Source of the DNA: Polyangiaceae bacterium
GTDB lineage: Bacteria; Myxococcota_A; Polyangia; Polyangiales; Polyangiaceae
Length of the DNA: 64,000 bases
Reading direction: 5' to 3'
Assembly (NCBI GenBank): GCA_965222375.1
Contig: CBDCTZ010000016.1
Coordinates: 576,001-640,000, forward strand
Shown here: one piece after another, positions 10,801 to 19,649 of the stretch
How positions within the stretch are numbered: position 1 is the first letter of the stretch
Layout of the letters: the number at the start of each line of letters is the position of its first letter
Notes under the pieces: model-generated
The model's database searches: none
The model's input: only the letters and a program-made list of their open reading frames with translations
Told to the model about the DNA's origin: nothing
Program-made: the position numbers and the translations under genes

Positions 10801-10969
10801 GCGGCGTGGTGCCTGCGTCTGCCCCACCAGCACCCCCCATGCCACCAGCGCCGGCTCCGCCATCCGTGGGCTTGGGTTTTCCTCCAGAGCTGTCGTCACC
10901 GCCACAGGCCGCAACCAACAAGCTCGCAATCATGAAGTCGCGTCGCGACAGATCCCAAGTCCGCTTCAT
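7826..10969 (-). CDS. Large Tat-exported lipoprotein: transglutaminase-like domain + vWA domain + Gly-zipper C-terminus
   Basis: SRRDFM twin-Arg followed by VAAC lipobox; YEFVRDNI...GTLRGGAGTMRDKADLL; vWA motifs VVFLLDKSTS and IVFITDG. Confidence 0.7.
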   Translation of the reverse strand: MKRTWDLSRRDFMIASLLVAACGGDDSSGGKPKPTDGGAGAGGMGGAGGADAGTTPRVPFGVWEEVRDAIRTSPDHLVARANDIVAGKDAAAIYEFVRDNIVTLPATLTSLGGTTGRLFGSRGTLRGGAGTMRDKADLLVDLYKRAGLDAEVVAIATPKIPDFAKKALIRSVSRAFDPQVSDAKVAEWLALLKVDAPTNANVLDADDSLATALAQTLLAQLPATVDATGFDFSPPINIPIVRVTDGGADKLANPALPDLAFGDAGTTATPAKVSSAQPLPKVTATLSIVSSADPKIPVDLVSGQFEFEDLPGRSLRIAMVPPEELPQLLGRSLDDLRTFIPVLSLDGPDVSAADREANTFSGSAITRSGDVIVKESDGSYSVGGTPLDTSPLDPVKAASVKTLTIAPSASGFSRISLRVGAQDGSGSDVHGLVASAFKLEEEGTELPFNLLENTSPPPRVVFLLDKSTSLPPAFTGAQAATLVKDIATQLASKYAGSSFRVHTVGGSVSAGKWTTDPAVLELAALNQGGFGSDLWNALGEAAKLGATTIVFITDGDATDTPDAEALAAVSIAPPSVFVRVGTAPTTNLDQMAEITGGTVVSVSMQSEAVTAADTFIAARQKNAYLLRYDAPVAGPATRNVKLSIRSGTATQAAQYTVPAPAEIKPPNRFGGLLLTLRVGGAAAVIRVLAGRREVLAGTPEEVFAEVSDAFLGAYEVRFEGGPPTAAQMIDDLLTARLGLEPLWDATRGTDLPAIYDALIKAPTIPALGAFALHAPLRPASQTAAYPTGLRAALHSVMPRGKKSMLRRVDLLPLGPYAAIDTDARASLSQAMNATARLALVEDALFKTSTKSLLQGSGLTVIPPFTVIQSVISGLSQDLQDRWRMAQSGYTNSYRLVPASGSPVAFWHIDQKTGALLGVLSNGSGGAEEAEAYQTEMNNTIDLINRGANLASAAGILGAANGTWLSLEMVKAKKLIGATVVIAGGTPSGDPTNWNDFGCFAAAGAAGGAFGALAGRAGLAALIGQLGSGLGKAHSAHAAATGSSALCG

Positions 10970-11083
10970 CTCGATACCTTCCCTGAGGGAAGCGGGTGAC
11001 GCAAGGGAGGCACAGCGAGCGGACAATCGGCTGCCACAGCAGAGGGCGATGTGCGGGGCATCCTCGCGCGCAACGCTGTTGCT

Positions 11084-13717
11084 TCAGCGAAGCAGCCGCG
11101 CCGTCAAGCGTTCGCGCAGCTTATAGAGCTTGTCGTAGTCTGGCGGCGCGTTGCCGCGAGCTGTGAGGAACACCGGCCCGCCCAGGGCTTCCGTGTTGCC
11201 CTCCCAGGAATAGGAACCCAAGCGTATGCGCACTCGCTCTGCCATGGCGTCGGTCTTGACCTTTGCGCGCACCAGTGCGAAAGCGCCGCTTCCGCCGCCG
11301 CGGCCCCGAGCGATCACGTTGCGGTGATGGTCCAATAGTTCGATGTTGACGGGAGCGCTGCTGCGCACCGCGAATCGATGCACGACGCCGGACTTTGGAT
11401 AGTCGATACCAAGTCCGACGACTTTCAAGTTCGGAGCGCTGGGTGCTGGAGCCACGTGGCTCGCGGCCCAGGGGTCGATGCGCTGGCGAGCTGGGATCTT
11501 GTCGCTGTCTTTTGGCCTTTTCGCCAGGGGCGAACGCAGCGCGAAGGCGTGGGTGACCGGGCCCACGAAGACTCGGGGCGGGCTGTTCTGATCGACGATG
11601 AAGAAACCGAGCCGCGGTGTGGTCGTGGCCACGGACGCTACCGTTTTGGTGTTCGAGCCGGTGAACCAGTCCGCTACGAAGCTTTCTTTGGCGAAGGCGG
11701 TCGAGGTGTCGGGGAATAGGTCGAAGTACCAGCCATTGAAGCTGCCGGGGGAATCCGACGTCGGCGGCTCCACTTCGACGATCATGGCGAGCCAACGTTT
11801 CTCCGCTGCCGAGAGCGCGCGGCCGGCAAGTTCGTTCCGGGCGATGGCGGTGAGCACGTTCAAGGTGCGCTCGAGCCGGCTGAAGTACTTTGCGCCGACG
11901 CTGTGTTTTGATCGCTTTGCGAAGGCACGGCCGCGGCGCGCGTACTCGGCGAGCATCGAATACACCTCGGGCACCGGATCGACGTAGCCATCGGGGATTT
12001 CGCAGCCGCCTTCGCTGTAGGGTTGCCCCGCAATCAGAACGGCGCCGTGGCGTAGTTGACCGTAGGCCGCGATGGCACTCGCGACTCGAGCATCTCGGAA
12101 CGCATCGGTCTTGGTGAACGAGGGCACACGGCCCGTCGGTTCGTTACCCAGGCGTCGAATGGCTTCGAGCCATGCGCCGAACATCCCGGGCGCCACCTCG
12201 CGCGCGATGACCTTTCGGCTCGCGCCCAAGCTTTTTTGCAGCGCAGGGTAGCGCGCGAGATCTGTTCGAAGATAGCGCTTGGCGCGATCGTGACCCAGCA
12301 TGTATGCGACGTCACCAGCTCGCGGAAGGTCCCGGTTGGCGACATCGGAATGCACTACGCGGGTCAACGCGACTGCGTCCGGCAAGATGCGTGGGCCCAG
12401 CAGCGTGCTGATCACGGGCAGTGGCGTGGAGCCCTGGGGCATGTAGTGGATGCGCGCCGTGCGAGAGAACTTGCTGCCGATCGCAGCACGCAAGCTCTTG
12501 GCACTCGCCGGTAGCGAGAGCTTCGTGATTTGCGCTCGGGCCCGCAGTGCGAGCAGTTGGCGCAGCGAGACATCCTCGCGCTTGCCGCCCACGGCCTGCC
12601 AAGCTGCGTCCAGCACGTCCAGGTCGTCGAGGACCCGCGCTGCCTTGGCGAGTTCGGCTAGGGCCAAGGCCACGACCGCTTCCCGCGGGGTCTCGGCGGG
12701 ATTGGGCACGATTCCCGGCTGCGAGCTTCGGCTGGCGCGGGACACGAGATTGAACTCCAACCGCGATAGCCACATCGACGCGCGAAAGTAGGGTGCAAGC
12801 GCTCCGTCGAAAGCGCTCGCGTAGTAGCCGCGGGGAGCAAAGGCCGAGAAGTCCACTATTCGCGGTCGCCCGAAGAGCGTCACTTGGGTCAGCCCACCCC
12901 GAGCGTCCCTGGCTCTCTTGATCAGCGGAGCCGCGACGGCGCTCTGCCCCAAGGAGCTTGCGACCTTCGAGTCTGCGAGCAGGGACCGCGCGACGGTCAG
13001 ATACACATCGACGTCATGACCGATGTCCCTGGGCCAACGGGTTGCCAAGGCGGGTAGCTTGGCATGCATGGCCGAGAGCAGCTGCCCCTGGCGGTCCGCT
13101 AGATCCAGTTCGATGCTGGAGACGACCTGCTCGTGACTCTTGAACACGGCGTGAAAGATGGCGTCGGCGGAGACGTAGACCGGGAGCTGGGACTGGTGGA
13201 TCTCGTGAAATGCGCGGGTGAATCCAGGTTGCGAGAGGCGCGCCGCAACGGCGAAGCCGTTCTTGTACAAGAGGCGCGTCTCCGCTCGGGTCAATGCGAA
13301 GCGCTCCTTCATGCGCGCCAAGTGCAGCGGGGCCTTGGCGCGGCTCCACGGCTTCGCGGGCACGATGGCTTGGGGCGACTGTTGCAGCACGGCTTTGGCC
13401 GCGCGGGCCACCGTATCTTCCGCCGCATCGCAGACGTTCGCGCCTACCTTCTTGCGACCGCTGCCGCTGAGCGTGGGCGGCATGCCCAGGCCCAGGTCGA
13501 GCTTGGGTGGCGCGGCTGTCGAGGCGTCGCTTTCACGTGCACCAGCATCATCGAGCTGAGAGCGGGCCGCCCCACCGTCCGCGCCGCCGGAACTGGCGTG
13601 GCTAGGTGCGCGGTGTCCTGGGTCGGCCGCCGTGGCAACAATGCCGGTGGACCTGGCTGGGCAGCCCGCAACCACGAGGAGGCATAGCAGACCGGAAGCC
13701 GCAAAAGCACGCCGCAT
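11084..13717 (-). CDS. DUF3160-like lipoprotein
   Basis: Lipobox VAGC; LYKNGFAV, LPVYVSADAIFH, DFSAFAPRGYY, YFRASMWL, GYVDPVPEVY match my recollection of DUF3160. Confidence 0.75.
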   Translation of the reverse strand: MRRAFAASGLLCLLVVAGCPARSTGIVATAADPGHRAPSHASSGGADGGAARSQLDDAGARESDASTAAPPKLDLGLGMPPTLSGSGRKKVGANVCDAAEDTVARAAKAVLQQSPQAIVPAKPWSRAKAPLHLARMKERFALTRAETRLLYKNGFAVAARLSQPGFTRAFHEIHQSQLPVYVSADAIFHAVFKSHEQVVSSIELDLADRQGQLLSAMHAKLPALATRWPRDIGHDVDVYLTVARSLLADSKVASSLGQSAVAAPLIKRARDARGGLTQVTLFGRPRIVDFSAFAPRGYYASAFDGALAPYFRASMWLSRLEFNLVSRASRSSQPGIVPNPAETPREAVVALALAELAKAARVLDDLDVLDAAWQAVGGKREDVSLRQLLALRARAQITKLSLPASAKSLRAAIGSKFSRTARIHYMPQGSTPLPVISTLLGPRILPDAVALTRVVHSDVANRDLPRAGDVAYMLGHDRAKRYLRTDLARYPALQKSLGASRKVIAREVAPGMFGAWLEAIRRLGNEPTGRVPSFTKTDAFRDARVASAIAAYGQLRHGAVLIAGQPYSEGGCEIPDGYVDPVPEVYSMLAEYARRGRAFAKRSKHSVGAKYFSRLERTLNVLTAIARNELAGRALSAAEKRWLAMIVEVEPPTSDSPGSFNGWYFDLFPDTSTAFAKESFVADWFTGSNTKTVASVATTTPRLGFFIVDQNSPPRVFVGPVTHAFALRSPLAKRPKDSDKIPARQRIDPWAASHVAPAPSAPNLKVVGLGIDYPKSGVVHRFAVRSSAPVNIELLDHHRNVIARGRGGGSGAFALVRAKVKTDAMAERVRIRLGSYSWEGNTEALGGPVFLTARGNAPPDYDKLYKLRERLTARLLR

Positions 13718-13818
13718 GCAGGGTCATCGCGCCAAAGCCAGAAAGTGTGACTCAGGCCAACGGGGCCGGCGTGGATTTGCGACGACACTAACAGAGCCGG
13801 GGTGAATCGTTTGCGATT

Positions 13819-14325
13819 CTAGGGGATGCAGTGGCCCCACGGCTTTGGTCCGCTATCTGGACCCGGGGGACGATCGCACGTCTTGAGTCCGGGCTGGTCG
13901 CACTCCGAACCGTTGCAGCACCACATACGGCAATGGTACGGGCCGCTGCCCTGGTCCTGCACACACGAGAAATTGTCCTTGCAGACGTCTGACACCGGGT
14001 CGCAGGTGGTGTTGGGCGTCTTCTCAGATCCCTGCGTGAAGGCGCGACACTCGCTGGTAGTGCCGTTGAACACACACTTCTCGTTCTCCGCCTGGCAAGA
14101 GTTGACATCGAACGGATCGCACCCTCCACCCTGTGGTGACATACACGTCGACGCCCCTCCGCCAGTGCCCGCGGAACCCGCACTGCCTCCGCCCGTCGCG
14201 CCGGCACCTGAGCTTCCAGCAGTGCCGCCCGTCGAACTCGGATTGCTACCTTTGGACTTCGAACTACACGCCCCGAGGCTCAAGCCAGCGATGGCCAAGA
14301 CGAAAAAGGATGTGAAGAGCCGCAT
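13819..14325 (-). CDS. Cys-rich lipoprotein
   Basis: LGAC lipobox, Gly linker, Cys-rich domain with CRMWCC, ending WGHCIP. Confidence 0.8.
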   Translation of the reverse strand: MRLFTSFFVLAIAGLSLGACSSKSKGSNPSSTGGTAGSSGAGATGGGSAGSAGTGGGASTCMSPQGGGCDPFDVNSCQAENEKCVFNGTTSECRAFTQGSEKTPNTTCDPVSDVCKDNFSCVQDQGSGPYHCRMWCCNGSECDQPGLKTCDRPPGPDSGPKPWGHCIP

Positions 14326-14426
14326 CTGCACAGGATGCCCGGTGCGTGGCGGTTCGTCCAGCTGTGCGGCGCTGAATCAAGAACCGCCGCGCCGCGTAGT
14401 AGATGAGGGAGCATCAGCCCGTGCGC

Positions 14427-14977
14427 TCAGGAGCAGTGCCCCCGGGCCTTCACCCCGCCAGCGCCCGTCGGCGGGCGCATGCAGAGAGGCGGCTCGCAAT
14501 CTGAGTCTAGGCAACACCACTTGCGGCACTTGCCTATGGGCGAGCCGGGGCTGTCGGGTACGCAGGCGTAGCCGAACTCGCAGATGTGGATCTTTGGGTC
14601 GCAGGTGGCTCCCTTTAGTTACTGAGATCCCGGCGGCTCCACACAGGTTGATGCGCTTCCAGCATTGAACTTGCAAACCTTCCCAGTCGGACAGTCCTTG
14701 TCCAGCGGCGCATTGCAGGGGCCCGGCGGAGGCTCACACATGGGGGTTCCGCCTCCAGCGCCTGCGGTTCCACCGCCCGCGCCACTTGTGCCCGCGGAAC
14801 CGCTGGTACCCCCGCTGCCCCCGTGGCGGCGCCCGCGCTGCCGCTAGACCCAGCCGCGCCGGCCTGCCCGGCACCGCCACCGCTGCCGGTCTTGCTCGAG
14901 CCCGTGGAACTCGAACTGCAAGAACCGAGTGCCAGGACAGCGAGAGCCAACGAGATGACAGAGCTGAAAGCGCGCAT
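14427..14977 (-). pseudogene. Disrupted tandem paralog of the 13819-14325 lipoprotein
   Basis: MRAFSSVISLALAVLALGSC...; frameshift in a G5 run (~14818-14822); in-frame TAA at 14619-14621; downstream TCDPKIHICEFGYAC...CRKWCC aligns with the neighbour; second shift near 14440 before HCS-TGA. Confidence 0.75.
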
Positions 14978-15248
14978 GCAGCAAAGGATGCGCTTCCTGC
15001 CCGACGACGTCCAGGCGAACCGCTGGATCCAAGGCGAGAGTAGTGCACCGGATTGCTCCAGAGATGCGACCCAAACCCAGACAGCAACAAGGCCGGCATC
15101 CATCGTTTCTGTGCCGAGGCCAAGAGGGCCGGCATGCTCGTTCGTCCCGTGCCCCAGAACCGCTCCGAGCGTTTCGGATCAGTTCTGCTCCTATGCGACC
15201 GAAGGCGCGGCTTGAGGAGTGGTTGGCTAGGGGACTAGGCTCATCAGC

Positions 15249-16292
15249 GTGAGAAACCTCAGAGTGAATTTGGCCGTGACCCTTCTGGTGCTCACCGGCT
15301 CAGGCTGCGCTCCCGCGAGCAACGCGCCGCCCCCGGGCGTGGAACCGGCGCCCACTGCTGCGGCCAAGACTCCACAGACTTCGCCGCCTGCCAGCGCACC
15401 AACCGCCGCTCCGGCAAGCGTCGGAGAGCCGCCCCCAATCGTCGAAGTGGCCGTCTTGAGCTTCAAGCGCACCGTCGAGGCGCCAGTGCACCACTTGGGC
15501 TTTGGCAAGAAGGGCCGCGTCGCTGCGATCGGCGAGGACGTTTGGCTGGGCGAAGGCAAGGGCTTCAAGAAGTTGCCGCCGCCGGGCGTGTCGACCCAGA
15601 ACGTACGGATCTACTTCGGGCGAGACAACAAGCCACGGCTGATGGGCTATGCGGGTGCTGGTGAAACCGCGAAGGGCGTGTACCGGCGTTGGCGCGGCGG
15701 ACGCTGGCAGCGAGGGCTGGACGAGATCGGGCGATTGGGCGGCGGCAAGACTCCGTTTTTCGGAGTGTTGGGCTACGCAGATCCCGAGGTGGTCTGTCGC
15801 ATTGGTCAGATCTGTCTGATCAAGCGATTGACCGGATGGAAGACTGTGCAGCCCCCCGCGGGACTGCCCCAAGTCGTGCTGGCTCACGGCCAAGCCTGGG
15901 CGCTGTCGGAAAAGGAGCTGTGGCGCCTCGAAGGTGATGCCAAATGGCAGGCCTACGGAGGCACGCTGCCGTTTTCGAAGGCCAGCGCCTTGTGGGCGAC
16001 CAGCGCGACGGATGTGTGGGTGGCGGAAGCGAGCGGCAGTTTGCATCGCTTCGACGGTAAGGCCTGGTCTCAGACGAAGTCCGCCGTCGACGCTCCGATG
16101 GGGCTTTGGGCGGCGGACCCAAATAACGTCTGGCTCGTCGGCAAGAGCGGCGCGGCGCACTATGACGGGCAGGCTTGGCGTCGCGTGGCCGGTCCCAAGG
16201 GACCGTTGGCGTACGTGGAGGGGCTCTCGACAAACGAGGTCTGGTTGGCCGGGCCGAGCGGACTATGGCGGGGAACGGCCCCCAGCAAGTAG
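15249..16292 (+). CDS. Lipoprotein with Trp-rich beta-propeller-like repeats
   Basis: GSGC lipobox; repeats LWATSATDVWVA, LWAADPNNVWLVG, HYDGQAW. Confidence 0.7.
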   Translation: MRNLRVNLAVTLLVLTGSGCAPASNAPPPGVEPAPTAAAKTPQTSPPASAPTAAPASVGEPPPIVEVAVLSFKRTVEAPVHHLGFGKKGRVAAIGEDVWLGEGKGFKKLPPPGVSTQNVRIYFGRDNKPRLMGYAGAGETAKGVYRRWRGGRWQRGLDEIGRLGGGKTPFFGVLGYADPEVVCRIGQICLIKRLTGWKTVQPPAGLPQVVLAHGQAWALSEKELWRLEGDAKWQAYGGTLPFSKASALWATSATDVWVAEASGSLHRFDGKAWSQTKSAVDAPMGLWAADPNNVWLVGKSGAAHYDGQAWRRVAGPKGPLAYVEGLSTNEVWLAGPSGLWRGTAPSK

Positions 16293-16519
16293 GGGAAGCC
16301 GGCGACGGCTGAACAAGCGCTTCAAGGTGCTGTCGGGGCATCGGTTCGCGTTTTACTCGGCGGCGCTACGTCGCAGTGTGGCGCCAGCCGCCTCAGTGCG
16401 TCTTTCTACGCCTCGACGCGACTCGTATCAGCGCGGGAGGAGGTCGCGGGCGCCGCGCAGGGTTGCGAGAAATCCCCGCAACGTGCTGCTGCAGCCCGTG
16501 GCACGCGTCGTGCGATGCA

Positions 16520-16666
16520 TGTGCGTCGGTCAACGGCAAGAAGTACCAAGAGGTTGTCGACTTGATCCCAGGTACTGAAGGCCCGGGGCGGTTCTTCCTG
16601 TTTGGTCACGTGGAAACCAACAGCGGCAGTGGACACCTCACCGTCGAAAAGGTGACCGAGGGCTGA
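16520..16666 (+). pseudogene. Possible 3' gene remnant
   Basis: SVNGKKYQEVVDLIPGTEGPGRFFLFGHVETNSGSGHLTVEKVTEG-stop has coding-like codon usage but no credible start. Confidence 0.3.
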
Positions 16667-16687
16667 GCGGGTGGAGGCGGCTGGTAA

Positions 16688-17141
16688 TCAGACCTTGGCC
16701 TTGGCGCGCAAGCGGTAGAAATGCCGCCGGTCGATTCCAGCCGCCGCCGCTGCCCGTGTCATGTTGCCGCTGTGCTGCTCGATGATGTTCTGAATGTAGC
16801 GTGCCTCGAAAGCATCGATGATTCGCTGTCGCGCTTCTACTAGTGGCAGCTCTTCTGCAAGCACGCGGGGCCACGAGATCGCTGCGAATTGCGAGTGCCG
16901 GTTGACCCGGACTCGCGGAGGGGTCCACATCGTCATCCGCCAGTTCACCCAGAGCTAGGCGTCGCGCCACTGCGTTCTTTAGCTCACGGACGTTGCCTGG
17001 CCAGGCGTACGTTCGCCACCGACGCAGCAGTCGCTCATCGAAGACCGAGGGTTCGCCACCGAGCTGGCGACAGAAGAAACGAACCAAGAGTGGCAGATCT
17101 TCCAGCCGCTCGCGCAGGGGTGGCAGCTCGACAACCGCGGC
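16688..17141 (-). pseudogene. Sigma54-dependent activator, 3' remnant (end of AAA+ domain and Fis-type HTH)
   Basis: VVELPPLRERLEDL, WPGNVRELKN, then a frameshift at ~16868 to GNMTRAAAAAGIDRRHFYRL. In-frame TAG immediately upstream at 17142-17144; no Walker A or GAFTGA. Confidence 0.85.
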
Positions 17142-17946
17142 CTACGCCCGCGGCGACTACGCCGCGGCGGCACGAGCTTTCGAGGCAGCGCATCAGCGCG
17201 CGCCACGAGGCGCCACGATGTACAACGCGGGGCTCAGCTGGCAAGAGGCGGGCGATGCCCCTCGGGCCGCGGACGCGTTTGCACTGGCGATCTCTACCGG
17301 TGGGCTCAGCGCAGAGCAGCAGAGCGATGCCGAGCAGCGGCTCGCCACCACGTCCGCAACGTTGGGCGTCCTGTCCGTGAAGGCTCCGGAGGGATCTCGG
17401 GTGTCCGTCGGCCACGCGCGCGACATTGCAGCACCCGCCCGAATACACCTGGCGCCCGGAGCCTACGTCGTGCACATCGAACGCAAAGATGGTTCGCCGG
17501 TCGAGCGGCAGGTCCAGCTGAGGGCGACCCGGCAGACGCACGTTTCCGTGTTGGCGGCCCCGAAGCAGCACCTGGATTCCGGCAAGCCCCATTCACCGCC
17601 CCCAGCGCCTTCGTCGTCCGTCGCTGCTGACGATGGCACTCGCGCTGTGATTGGCTACTCCCTGGTTGGGGCTAGCGTGGCGCTCTCGGCCGCGGCGATT
17701 GTGCTTGGCCTCGACGCCTTGGAGTCGCGGGATCAGTTCGAAGACTCGGGCAGGATCGACCGTGACGCCCACGCGCGCGCGGGGCGGTTGCGGGTTTGGA
17801 CGAACTTGGCCTGGGCCGGAGCTGCCCTAACTGGGGGAGCCGGTGTGTACTTGCTGGTCACTCAGCCCGCGCCCGCGGCTGGTGGGCGTGGCACTGGGCG
17901 CTGGAGTCAGCCGGGGGGTGGTGTGTCCGTCCGAGGGCGCTTCTGA
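17137..17946 (+). pseudogene. TPR/PEGA-like envelope protein lacking its N-terminus
   Basis: Begins abruptly at AAYARGDYAAAARAFEAAH (TPR), then PEGA-like strands, two Gly-rich hydrophobic helices and terminal RGRF. No signal peptide, unlike its paralogs. Confidence 0.7.
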
Positions 17947-18023
17947 AGCGAAGCTTGCGCCACGTCGCAGCCTCTTTTCCACCTTGGCTGTAGCCAATCG
18001 GAGCGCTGCGGCATATCAGTTCC

Positions 18024-18632
18024 GTGAGCGTTGTTCGCATTTCCGCCGGTGTCATCTTCGCTGTCTTTGCCGTCACCCTAGTGACCCAAGGCTGGAGCGA
18101 GGCCGGCCTGCGCGTGCTCGTGCGGGTGACAGCTCGCCTGGCCCTCGTGGCGTTTGTCCTCGCGTTCGCTGCGTCTTCGGTCAGCGCGTTGGCGGCGCCC
18201 CGTGCGCGATGGTGGCGGCGCAACCGTCGCGCGCTCGGCCACACTTTTGCGTTGGCCATGGTAGCGCATATGGCGGCATTCATGAGCCTGGGCTTCCTGC
18301 ACGCCGACTCATTTTGGCAGAAGCTCGCCACATCGTCTCTGATCGGCGGCGCGGTGGGCTACGTGCTGATCGGCACGATGACCCTCACGTCGTTTCCACG
18401 CCCGGCCAAATGGCTCGGTCGACGCGCTTGGAACGTGCTGCACAAGAGCGGCATGTACGTATTCTGGTCGATCTTCGCGGCTAGCTACGTGGGTATATTG
18501 GGTCGCCGCCCGATCGCATTCGCCGCGTTGGGCTTGCTGTCGATGGCGCTGCTGCTTCGAGCAGCCGCGCGGGTCAAAGCGGCGTCCCGCGGCACCGTGC
18601 CGCTCACTTCGCGAAGCGATCCCCTAGCGTGA
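18024..18632 (+). CDS. Ferric-reductase-like (MsrQ-like) membrane protein
   Basis: About 6 TM helices; RRNRRALG, LTSF and WNVLH motifs with candidate heme-ligating His. Confidence 0.65.
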   Translation: MSVVRISAGVIFAVFAVTLVTQGWSEAGLRVLVRVTARLALVAFVLAFAASSVSALAAPRARWWRRNRRALGHTFALAMVAHMAAFMSLGFLHADSFWQKLATSSLIGGAVGYVLIGTMTLTSFPRPAKWLGRRAWNVLHKSGMYVFWSIFAASYVGILGRRPIAFAALGLLSMALLLRAAARVKAASRGTVPLTSRSDPLA

Positions 18633-19616
18633 ACCGTAGTTGTGCGCGGAGCGTTCTTCGTTGCGGTCCGTAGCCGGGGGTGGCGCGGGCGACAGCGCGG
18701 AGATTTCCTCGTACAGCTCCGGTGTGATTTCGATATCCAACGCTGCCAGGCAGGGCCGGAGCTGCTCCAGATTGCGCGATCCAATCAAGGGCGCGGTCAC
18801 CGCTGGATGTGCAGCGACCCAAGCGATGGCCAGAGAGGCCGGGTGGTGGCCCAGGCGGCGGGCCAGAGCTGAGAAGCGCTCGGCGACCTCGTAGTTGTCC
18901 TTGTCGCCATAGCGCGTTTGGTACATCGCGTTCTCCACCAGGCGACCACTACTGGGTCGTACAAATGCGCCGTACTTGCCGCTGAAGAGTCCTCCGCCCA
19001 AGGGGCTATAGGGAATCACCGCGAGGTTCTCGGCCTGCGCCAAGGGTAAGATCTCCACTTCGACCTGCCGCTTGGCCAGGTTGTACATGGGCTGCATGGC
19101 GACGATGGGCGCAAAGCCGCGGCGCTCCGCGATGCCCAGCGCTTTGGCCGCCTGCCACGCCGAGAAGTTGCTCACCGCCGGATACAGAATCTTGCCGTCC
19201 CGAACCAGAAGGTCGAGGGCGAACAGCGTTTCTTCGAGAGGCATGGCATCGTCGAAGCGGTGCAAGAAGAACACGTCGATGCGCTGCGTGTTCAAGCGTT
19301 TCAAACTGGCTTCTACGGCCCGCACCAAGTGGTAGCGCGAGCTGCCACGGGCGTTTACGTCTTTGCTCGTCGGGAAGTACGCCTTGCTTGCGATGACGAC
19401 CTCATCCCGACAGCCCGCGATCAGGCCGCCCAAGATCTCCTCGGAGCGACCCTTGTTGTACACGTCCGCCGTGTCGAAGAAGTTGATGCCTGCGTCTCGG
19501 CACGCCGCAAAAAGGGCCTTCGACGTTGCAGCATCCGCATCCCCACCGAAGGACATGGTGCCAAAGCCCAACCGCGACACCCGCACGCCTGTGCTAGCCA
19601 AAAAGCGGAAGTCCAT
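18624..19616 (-). CDS. Aldo/keto reductase
   Basis: VSRLGFGTM, FDTADVY, SLKRL, VSNF, YSPLGGG, PLIGSR. Confidence 0.93.
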   Translation of the reverse strand: MDFRFLASTGVRVSRLGFGTMSFGGDADAATSKALFAACRDAGINFFDTADVYNKGRSEEILGGLIAGCRDEVVIASKAYFPTSKDVNARGSSRYHLVRAVEASLKRLNTQRIDVFFLHRFDDAMPLEETLFALDLLVRDGKILYPAVSNFSAWQAAKALGIAERRGFAPIVAMQPMYNLAKRQVEVEILPLAQAENLAVIPYSPLGGGLFSGKYGAFVRPSSGRLVENAMYQTRYGDKDNYEVAERFSALARRLGHHPASLAIAWVAAHPAVTAPLIGSRNLEQLRPCLAALDIEITPELYEEISALSPAPPPATDRNEERSAHNYGSR

Positions 19617-19649
19617 GGCCACGGGTTTTCGCTGCAGGTCCGGCCAGCG

